DNA of 64,000 bases, taken from contig NC_043015.1 in NCBI RefSeq assembly GCF_006345805.1, forward strand, positions 3,472,001 through 3,536,000, in the 5' to 3' direction. Both the position numbers and the translations under genes were made by a program. The DNA comes from Octopus sinensis (lineage: Eukaryota). The stretch's first letter is position 1. Each line of letters begins with the position of its first letter. This document shows positions 54,937-64,000 of the stretch, piece by piece. The notes beneath the pieces were generated by a model, which made no database searches, was not told the DNA's origin, and saw only the letters and a list, made by a program, of their open reading frames with translations.

Positions 54937-55200
54937 AGTTAACAAGAATTGTATTGGCATTTATAAATGAAGTATTTGAATATAATTATAAATCTTACAT
55001 ATAAGGCACGTACTTACTATATTTCAAGTAGAAATGCGAATATATGTTATATATTATTCCCAGTATATTACGAGGAAGTTATAGTGTTTATTTCTTTTTT
55101 AAGATTATATACATGCATCCATTGACAATTACACACAGACATACATGCGCACACACGCACACACACACATTTATAAATGCCAATACAATTCTTGTTAACT

Positions 55201-55251
55201 AGCTTCCTGAAGATTTCTCTTGAATGAAACAGTTCTAGTCCTGTAGAAGCT
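55201..55251 (+). ncRNA. Type I hammerhead ribozyme (family D)
   Basis: AGCUUC-CUGAAGA-U(UUC ucuu GAA)U-GAAA-CAG uucuaguc CUG-UA^GAAGCU. 6-bp stem I, 3-bp stem III, GUA triplet, predicted cut after 55245. Confidence 0.9.
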
Positions 55252-55285
55252 CCTTCTATATAATAAATATATATAATATATATAT

Positions 55286-55423
<138 letters not shown>

Positions 55424-55610
55424 GTGTGTGTGTGTGTGTGTGTGTATTTGTGTATGTATGCATGTAAGAGCATGTGGGCGGGTCGTGTTTATATGTGTAT
55501 GCGTGTGGATATGTGTGTGAGTGAATATGCTTAAACCAAATTCTGTAGCCACTAACACATGTGAATGCCTATATATTTGTATGAATATTTGTACAAACAC
55601 ACACACGTAT

Positions 55611-55655
<45 letters not shown>

Positions 55656-56589
55656 ATACATGCACACACATAAATACATGTGTATTCATGTGCGTACGTA
55701 CGGATGTATGCATTCATATATGTTTGTCGTATATTACCAAATATTTCGATTCTTGCTTTGGGAAAGGAGCCGTGTTTTTTTTTTAGCAAAATAGATAACC
55801 AAAATGTGTCACATTTCAAACTTGAGAAATGTGCTGCAAATTTTTACTGTCTCACTTACATATTATATTTGTACCTGTTGCTACAATTCAAAATTATCCG
55901 ATTAATGGTTTATTCAGAAAGATTGTCGGTTCGACTTTTACCTAAATCAGTTGGTTCGACATTTGTAATCGGGCAATTAATGAATTCAGTCAATCAATTC
56001 ATCCTGTCTATGCATCAGCGATGACTGTAGAAGCTCTGGCAACTGTGCCTGGGATGAAGTAACTCATTCAATGAATTGTGATGTGAATTAAATACCGCCC
56101 CACGATGATTTAAGGGAAACTGAAAGAAAAGCCATTTGTAATTAAAGCTTTCATATTCAAATAATATGACACATTATAACATATAAACATATTGAAATAG
56201 TTATAAATACTTAGTTTAAACAAAAAAAAAGAAGGAAATGCGATGAACAATTAGAGAAGCAAGTGAAAGCTGAAATCTGAAGTGGTTTTCGGATATAAGA
56301 ATGTTTTCTTTGGTCTACTTTTCAGTACCTGGTATTTTACATCGATGATGTGAAGCTTCAAACATGTAATCCAGTGAATTGTCTTAAACTTCCTAAGAAA
56401 GAGAAACTCGAAGCAGTTTAAGGAATAATCAAACCGATATATTAGTGAGTAATAATCAGTTAGAACGGGATAAAATAATATCATGTTATCCAATGCATAT
56501 AAATATGTGTACCCACATACATACACTCACATATGCACTCACAAAGAGAGATAGACTGAGAGAACCAGCAATAAAAATAAATAGATGTA

Positions 56590-56680
<91 letters not shown>

Positions 56681-56736
56681 GTATGTATGTATGTATATAT
56701 ATATATACATATATATACACATATATATATATATAT

Positions 56737-56767
<31 letters not shown>

Positions 56768-56774
56768 CACACAC

Positions 56775-56822
<48 letters not shown>

Positions 56823-57539
56823 TTGTGTGTGTGTGTGTGTGTGTGTATGTGTGTGTATGGATGTATGGTTGTATATCTGTCGTCTGTATGTCTAGATAGA
56901 TAGATACATAGATAGAAACAACTGTGAAAGTCAGAATTGAATGTTAGTGCTACTTCAAATTTACCAGTTTACACTCAGGTTCGACGTCGTATATATCCGA
57001 ATTAAACATAAATTTTATACCAGCTTCTTTCCATACTTGACGCATCCCTGAATGCAACCGATGACAAACTACAATGTTTCAATAGAATTCATTCATAAGA
57101 ACTGTTCTACATTATTGACCACAGTATTCTAACAAAAATATACCTGGCATTAATATCGTTGCGTAACTATATTATAAGTGCAAATACTTGACACCTAAAT
57201 ACTTGAATCACAATTTAAAAGAAAAGGATACCAATTTTAACTACAATAAAAATAGGACTTCAAGTACAATGCCGCTGCGTAAAGATTTTAAGATTCATAG
57301 AAAGTAATTTTCAGAGCTCTGGAAGATTTTAGCAGATTTCAATAATAGTTTAATTGATTTTTTTCAAACATTCTCCTCACATACACACACTCGTAAGCAT
57401 ACATAAAAACACATACACAGGCCATAAGTGTGTGTGTGTCCGTGTATGTTTGCTTTCATGTAGATATCACTATGTATATATACAAATGTATATATGTGTA
57501 TGTATACATACATATATATTATATATATATAATATATAT

Positions 57540-57620
<81 letters not shown>

Positions 57621-58641
57621 CATATATATAATATATGTTATATATATTACATAATATATATATATATATACATACATACATAAAAAAGTAAATAAATATA
57701 TGTATGCATATACATAAATAGATACATACAAACATACATACACACACATATAGATTTACATATTATATATATATATTATATATATATATATATTATATAT
57801 ATATATATATATTTACCATGTGTTACATTTTGTAAAATTATTACTGGAGAGGAATTGTATGCTTTCAAATAAAGAACGTTGAAGCGTAACGAACAGCACA
57901 CATTAAATTATGGTCCTGGAGGCCATTTTCTGTGGAATTATTTCCGTTTATGTTCGATATGCTTTAATGCAATCCTGAATATATTACCAATAAAATGTTG
58001 GACCACATGATTTGTAGACATTAAGATTTCTTTCCTTTATGTTTCCTTGCTTGCTTTACAATTGAATTTATTTCGTGTTCTCTCTTTGTTTTGCTTCAAT
58101 ATCATCAGCGACAATGGCGTAAAATAACGTAAAATCAATTCTATACGGCTACTCACACAGACACTGGCTCACACACACATAGGCACACACACACATTCAC
58201 ACATATACTCATACACACACACACACGTACTAACGTATATATACCCTGCGAAATTTTCATATTTTAGCTACTAACAACAGTTTTAGTAGTGGTAGTAGTA
58301 GTATTAGTAGTAATAGTATTGCTAGTGTTTTAGTAGTAGTAATAGTAGTAGTAGTACTAATATTAGTGGTAGTAGTAGTAGAGGTCGCAGCAGCATGAGT
58401 TGCGGTTGTAGTAGTAATTGTTGAAGAAGTAGCTGTATCAATAGTACATGTGAGTTTCTTCGAATGCATAAATATTACATATGCATACATACACACATTT
58501 ACACACATATACATGTATATATAATATATATACTAAGATGAGTTCATATTTGTTGCAAACAATGGACGAAGAGAGAACAACCTGCAGATGTATTAGTTTA
58601 ACGCTCGGAAAAAGCATAGAAATATTTTTGACGTATCTAGT

Positions 58642-58669
<28 letters not shown>

Positions 58670-58677
<8 letters not shown>

Positions 58678-58930
58678 GTTGTGTATTGTCAATCTAACAC
58701 GAACGTGACAGTAGGGGGGTTCACCACCGCTGTTTAGACCTAGGAAGCATCGACGCCTCCTGATGGCTTTGACACATTTTCCTGTGTTCTTATATACATT
58801 TAAATAAATGTAAATAAATGTAGATAAAAACTACTGTCACGTTCGTGTTAGATTGACTGTATACAACCATTCTATCGCCCCACCGCCGTACATGTCTCTA
58901 CAAGAGATTTAGAAATTTAGTATTTCTGAT
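58670..58930. mobile_element. Small fold-back element (about 45-bp inverted arms + tail) between two (TA)n tracts
   Basis: atagaatggttgtgtattgtcaatctaacacgaacgtgacagtag (58670-58713) vs ctactgtcacgttcgtgttagattgactgtatacaaccattctat (58831-58875). Confidence 0.75.
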
Positions 58931-59000
58931 AAATATATATATATATATATATATATGAATAAATATATGGAGTTTAACGCAAGTGTAATCAAATATTTTT

Positions 59001-59076
59001 ACTTTCGACACATGTTTCGAAAATGTTTCAAAAGAATAAATGGTATAAACAATGCAATCTCCTCCTCAGGAAGGTT
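59001..59076 (-). ncRNA. Type I hammerhead ribozyme (family E, minus copy, stem II partly deleted)
   Basis: ACCUUC-CUGAGGA-GGAGAUU...AUUUUC-GAAA-CAUGUG-UC^GAAAGU; one stem I mismatch. Confidence 0.7.
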
Positions 59077-59253
59077 AAAACAGCGAAACTCGTCAATAAG
59101 AAATTTTAGCAAAAAATAATGGATTTGTATAGCGATAGACAGAACGCTATTAATATTGTTTTAAAAAAATGTTATACGATATAACGCCATAAGTAGCTAA
59201 CAGAAAGACTAGGGATACCAATAGTGAATGTTAAATTTAAAGGAAATTAAAGT

Positions 59254-59846
59254 TTAAATTATATATAGTGATAGAGACCACTTATATGCAGTAAATGTAT
59301 GTTTTTGCCAATGCTTACATCTGTATGCTCGCTCTATAACCGTGTTTACTAGAGCATTTTTAGAAAAAATAATGAAAAATAGCTCAGAATTGCAGAGAAG
59401 ACAGAATTTCTTGCCTTTGTCATGTGGTTTGAAATTGAGAGAATCAACCATTCTAAATGAAATTGTTCATTGTGGTCTTTTAAATCCCAAATCAGTTTGC
59501 TGAAACCGGTAATATTACGTTTATTTCTATCCCTAAATGTTGAGTAATGGATAGAAATGCATTTAGATAACTCTAACGATGTGCTTCCAATGTAAAATCG
59601 TACTTTATTACGAGTAGTGATTATACACTGGTATATAGAATTTTTAATCTTAGAGTTACTTGACATAAACTTAATTCTATTGGAATTGACTTCAGATACA
59701 ATAATCTTGTTATTAATATTTCTAGAAGGTTGGATGTTAAAAGCTAAATTAATATTAGTATTAGTAAATGTACTAATATTTAACTGTTTGCTTTTATGTG
59801 AAGAAATAATTTGCAAGATAGTTGTTGGTATCCCTACTCTTTCCAT
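59254..59846 (-). pseudogene. Frameshifted PLE GIY-YIG endonuclease
   Basis: KIKNSIYQC...FYIGSTSLELSKCISIH...FSKLIWDLK...LEW, frameshift near 59440, then KPHDKGKKFCLLCNSELFFI...LVNTVIERAYRCKHWQKHTFTAYK*. Colinear with 32661-33128; the catalytic Arg is replaced by Cys. Confidence 0.88.
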
Positions 59847-59972
59847 TAGCTACTTATGACGTTATAGCATATAACGATTTTTTTCTAAACAATATTAATA
59901 GCGTTCTGTCTATCGCTATACACATCCATAATTTTTTGCTAAAAGGTCTTATTGACGAGTTTCGCTTTTTTC

Positions 59973-60058
59973 ACTTACCTGAGGAGAAGATTGCATTGTT
60001 TATACCATTTATTCTTTTGAATAGTATCAGTGGAATTTTCGAAACATGTGTCGAAAGT
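59973..60058 (+). ncRNA. Type I hammerhead ribozyme with long stem II (family E)
   Basis: ACUUAC-CUGAGGA-[GAAGAUU...uauac...AUUCuuuuGAAU.guau...AAUUUUC]-GAAA-CAUGUG-UC^GAAAGU; one stem I mismatch. Confidence 0.78.
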
Positions 60059-60254
60059 AAAAATATCTGATTACACTTGCGTTAAACTCCATTTATTTAT
60101 TCATATATTATTCAAAACATTCAACGTAAACACGAAGTTTCTACCTTTATAAACAAGGAGTTATAACATCTTTACTTGTGAGATTTTTGCTGCCCTGGTA
60201 ACTATTTTTTTTTTCTGTGTTAATTGTTACAAGGTAAAAATACACTCATCTGTT

Positions 60255-60308
<54 letters not shown>

Positions 60309-60467
60309 TATATATACGGTTTAAGTACTTGAGATTCAAGTGCGTTCTAATGAATTCACATGAATATGGTCCTTAACTAGGATGAACCGGAAATCTATAT
60401 GGTGTTAACCATACGACAATTGGGGTGATTACAAATAGGAAAAATGCAACAAGAATGGATCAAAACA

Positions 60468-60551
60468 TCGGTACAATTGTTTCGTACGAGGACATCTTTA
60501 ATAAGCTACAAACATCGCAGTAAATATAGGTGGCTCGTACTCATCAGCCGA
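60468..60551 (-). ncRNA. Type I hammerhead ribozyme with 7-bp stem II base and 43-nt insert (family F)
   Basis: UCGG-CUGAUGA-GUACGAG...CUCGUAC-GAAA-CAAUUG-UA^CCGA; all core nucleotides canonical, palindromic stem III. Confidence 0.92.
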
Positions 60552-61505
60552 AATAAAACATCGGAGATTCCCAAACATCATAAGGGGTAGATACACATGA
60601 GGGTGTGAGTTTAACTGCATTGAAGAAAGTTCGATTCCTGGAGATCCGATGAAAGGTCTTGAACTTACAGAATATGTGCTTGTCCATATATAGTTCATAG
60701 TGAATTGTTAATCAAGCTATGTGAAGAAATTTTGGATAAAATCGTGCGAAATTTCTGAAAACTGCTGTATTATAATCCGAGTAAGAAGCAAAGTGACAGT
60801 CTTTTCGTGTAGAGGAACAGATTGTTATTGAAATTTACAAGAATCACACAGAAGAGGAAGGAAGTAGAATTTTACCAGTTACTGCTATTAATTGCTATAA
60901 AAAAAGAAGGGAACGGGAAGCTAAAAGGGAGGGACACAAGTTGTTACTATAAGAAAACATCTAAGCTTATTTGGGGCAAAATTCGAACTGAGGTCAATTT
61001 ATTTCTTCATTTATTAATGTTACTATTACTAGATTGTTAGGTTACAATGCGAGGTCAGTTGAAAAGAAAAGAAAAAAAGAAAAAGGAGTTATTTTCTAAT
61101 GAAACCATACAATTATGTTATATTATATTATATTATATTATAATATGTTTGGGATTAGCAGAATTAATTAATTATTAGTGTAAAAGAAACTAAGAAGTTT
61201 AACTAACTAATTTCCTATAAGTAGGTTAAAGTGAAATAGACTACGAAATAGAGATAAAAATAGAGAAAAATTTAAATTATCTACACAGTCTAATAGAAAT
61301 AAATCAAATAACTTAAATCAACAAGTATCAAGTAGTACAGTTAGAGAGAGAATATAATCAAAGCTAGTTAGATCGTATATGTCTAATTAAATATATAATA
61401 TACTATAATATGTAGGAGTAAAGTTTAATTCAAAGTGATTTTATACAAAGCTATTTTAATATATACTATTATCAATTAAAACATCATTTAAAATATTTAA
61501 GAGTG

Positions 61506-61925
61506 CTAGTTCGAACGTGTATACAAGATATTTCCTAATTTAATCCTGCTTTTCAATGACATTTCCTTATTTTTTCTATACATTAGTATTTCAAATGTTT
61601 CCATGGAGCAAAGTTGACAACCTACTCTGCTATTTTTACAGGGTATCGCCCTTCTAACTAATTCCCAATTAAGGTTATATTTGATATTATTGTTTTTTAG
61701 TTCTCAAATTTTACTAGAAAGAGTGGTGCTATCAGCTTTATGACGTAATCTGAAGGAGGATAGATGATTGCTAAATATTTTCTTAAAATTTACGGAGCAT
61801 CCTACATAAGTGAATTTGTTATTATCTGTGGTTATGGAGCATTTGTAGATTATGTTATTTAACCCGCATAAACCAGGTGCCGGGCATTTTGTTTTTTAAT
61901 TCTGCAGTTACATTCAGGGGAAATT
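61506..61925 (-). pseudogene. GIY-YIG endonuclease domain of PLE family F (not in the ORF track)
   Basis: PECNCRIKK/(frameshift)CPAPGLCGLNNIIYKCSITTDNNKFTYVGCSVNFKKIFSNHLSSFR...TLSSKI*ELKNNNIKYNLNWELV...GCQLCSMETFEIL; one frameshift near 61890 and a TGA at the conserved Trp (61704-61706). Confidence 0.88.
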
Positions 61926-61960
61926 ATAATTTGAAGTATAATAATTTGAAGATAGAAGTC

Positions 61961-62940
61961 TCATACTACTGTTGCTCGAAACAGTGCGGGTATATTTTCA
62001 TGATTTTGGTTATTGCTGCTATCTAAAATAATGTTATCATTAATGTAGTTAATATTATTATCTAAAATAGTATTATCATTTATTGGTATTCTTACATTTT
62101 CATTTGGTTCTATAGCCCTACTTTCATTATTAAAATTGTTGATGCTGTTATCTAAAATAATGTTATCGTTATTGTAGTTAATGTTATTATGTAAAGTGGT
62201 ATTATCATTTATCGGTATTCCTACACTATCATTTGGTTCTATAACACTACTATCATTATTAATATTGTTGATGCTGTTAGTATTGTTGTCGGTATTGTTT
62301 TCTAAATGTGTAGTGTTATTGCAGATAACATTGCTGTCCTCATTCACTGTACTTACATTCCTGGTATTATTCTTATTATTAACATAATCATACCTATTTA
62401 TGTTATTATTATTATTAGCAATTCTATAGGTATTGGTTATATTTATTATATGACATTCCTTATTATCATTGTTGCAATTATTACTTTCAGTAATATTATT
62501 ACAATTTTCAATTGTATTTTTATTGTTATTGTTTAAATTTTTTCTGGCTAGTTTTATGTTATTATTATTGATCTTGGCTATTAAAGTGGACATATTTGGG
62601 AGGGTTGAATAAGAAATTCTGACTGCTTTTTTACAAATAATTTTATGATATCTATGAGAGGATGGGAATTTTTTTTCAAGAATTGTTTTGAATCTACTCT
62701 GAATATCTGATAAAACCGCACAGTTAAAAGGGATGTTTAGCCATATTATGTCTTTCTTATTAAGTTTCTTAGAATTAGAGTTAGGGTTGTTAGAATTGTT
62801 CCTACTATCATCAGATTCTTTGTATTTATTAATGTTCCTATTTGCATGTTTATTAGTTTTATCAAAGTTTATCTTATCCGTATTACAAGTGTTCACTACT
62901 ATGTTCTTATTAATATTCTTAATATCATTAGGATACTTTT
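61961..62940 (-). CDS. Open PLE ORF segment: RT thumb/linker followed by about 190-aa Asn-rich region
   Basis: Open from the LINE junction (EKYPNDIKNINKNIVVNTC...) to the TGA at 61961; contains an in-frame 129-bp (43-aa) tandem duplication (62022/62151). Confidence 0.75.
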
Positions 62941-64000
62941 CCTATACAGACACCCCTAGTCATGAAGGAGTGTTTGAAGATAGCCTCAGAAGGATAGAAG
63001 AAGTCCTGGACAAACTGGACCAGGGTAACACCATTCTACTGCTGGGAGATTTTAACCTTCCGAAAGTCAAATGGCCAGATGGCCATCTCCTCCCTGGAAT
63101 GACATCACTTGAACAGAGACAGACAGAGTCCTTGTTGGCTCTCACACGCAAGTTTTTCATGGAACAAGCAGTGCTTCGGCCAACAAGAGGTGAGAATGTC
63201 TTGGACCTCTGTTTCACAAGCAACCCGATGCTCATCCACAACATAATGGTAACACCTACATTTCTCTCAGATCACAACTTAGTAGAGGTAATGATATATG
63301 GTATGAGAGAGTTAGTTGAGACGCAGCCATTAGAAAATACCACAGGCCTATCCAGTCTAAACTTCCATAAGGCAAACTGGAAGAAGATCAACGAAGAGAT
63401 CCGAAAACATGACTGGAGTGACTTCATCACCACACAAGAGACCAACACACATTTCCAACATTTCATGACAACAATACAGAACATATGCCATAAGTTTGTC
63501 CCGGAGAAAAAAGCCAGCGGGCATAGGAACGTTATTCCCAGAGACAGGAAAATACTTATGAGGCGAAGAGCTAAGCTCTCGAAGCAACTGAATGCACGGC
63601 AGAGAAACAATAAGGGACTCCACCTGAAACTTTTTGAAACGGAAACTGCACTCAAACTTTCCTATGAGAAGGAGAGGGCAGAGAGAGAAGCCAGGGCCAT
63701 AGAGAATATTAAAACAAACCCTAAAGCTTTCTTTAAATTTGCGAAAGAACCACCTCGGTACACTGCAAGATTGGCCCACTCTTTGATAAAAAGGGCTCTC
63801 TAACTGAGGACCCCCAAGGGATAAGTAAAATACTAAAGGAACAGTATAAAAGTGTGTTCACATCCCCTCTGGGGCACATGCAAATCACAAACCCAGAAGT
63901 TTTCTTTGATGCCACAACACTCCAAAACCAAACAACAACCATCGACCACATAGACATAACAGAGAGGGATGTAATATCTGCCATAGAAGAAATGAGAATA
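62941..64000 (+). mobile_element. Young 5'-truncated CR1/L2-like LINE ORF2 (APE endonuclease C-half + linker), continues beyond the window
   Basis: LLGDFNLPKVKW, PTRGENVLDLCFT, SDHNLVEV, FHKANWKKI, IKTNPKAFFKFAK; one frameshift near 63750, then IGPLFDKKGSLTEDP...LKEQYKSVFT...DITERDVISAIEEM. Confidence 0.92.

Larger units (their letters stand above)
54790..55268. mobile_element. PLE pLTR fold-back (family D; identical 101-bp arms) whose spacer is an inverted copy of nearby host DNA
   Basis: Arms 54869-54969 / 55168-55268 are exact reverse complements; spacer 54967-55169 is the reverse complement of 54244-54446; (TA)n on both flanks. Confidence 0.9.
58951..60255 (-). mobile_element. 5'-truncated PLE (family E, related to 31812-33407): GIY-YIG pseudogene between about 270-bp inverted pLTRs
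   Basis: Inverted arms 58951-59221 / 59825-60108, each with a hammerhead; endonuclease remnant 59846-59254; (TA)n flanks. Confidence 0.9.
60317..62940 (-). mobile_element. Penelope-like element (family F): RT thumb/linker + Asn-rich spacer + GIY-YIG + about 1.2-kb 3' region with hammerhead, cut off at its 5' side by a LINE
   Basis: KDIIWLNIPF...LEKKFPSSHRYHKII.K.AVRISYSTLPNM linker; CNCRIKK..CPAPGLC, IIYKC...TYVG, CQLC in the endonuclease; hammerhead 60551-60468; ends in (TA)n at about 60316. Confidence 0.88.

Noticed and set aside
61704-61963. In-frame TGA codons in PLE family F as selenocysteine (as reported for some Naiad PLEs)
   Set aside because: One TGA replaces a conserved Trp (TGG to TGA), not a Cys; the same region has a frameshift; the domain order is C-terminal EN, not Naiad-like. 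Simple decay is sufficient.
62733-63803. 356-aa ORF with hydrophobic N-terminus as a novel membrane-anchored nuclease
   Set aside because: The first about 70 codons are the antisense of the Asn-rich PLE ORF fused by chance to a 5'-truncated LINE ORF2; no evidence of a genuine gene.

Overview
AT-rich, microsatellite-saturated eukaryotic DNA, most likely intronic or intergenic sequence from an octopus or other coleoid cephalopod (inferred from the SINE families, the mariner family and the very long (TA)n/(AAT)n/(ATAG)n/(ATC)n tracts). Almost all entries in the ORF track are translations of microsatellites. No host gene can be named; there are only a few candidate small exons. Mobile DNA includes two decayed RTE LINEs, a young CR1/L2-like LINE running off the right edge, mariner and Tc1 fragments, a hAT-type MITE and several tRNA-derived SINEs. 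The dominant signal, missed by the ORF track, is a dense set of Penelope-like element (PLE) insertions, all sitting in (TA)n tracts. They carry three GIY-YIG endonuclease remnants (one an intact 155-aa ORF) and ten recognisable type I hammerhead ribozyme cores from six sequence families, on both strands. They take several forms: a 173-bp-arm near-perfect palindrome, two endonuclease-only units capped by inverted pseudo-LTRs, an ORF-less 562-nt tandem hammerhead unit (retrozyme/circRNA-like), and two cases where neighbouring host DNA has been copied in inverted orientation into or next to the element.
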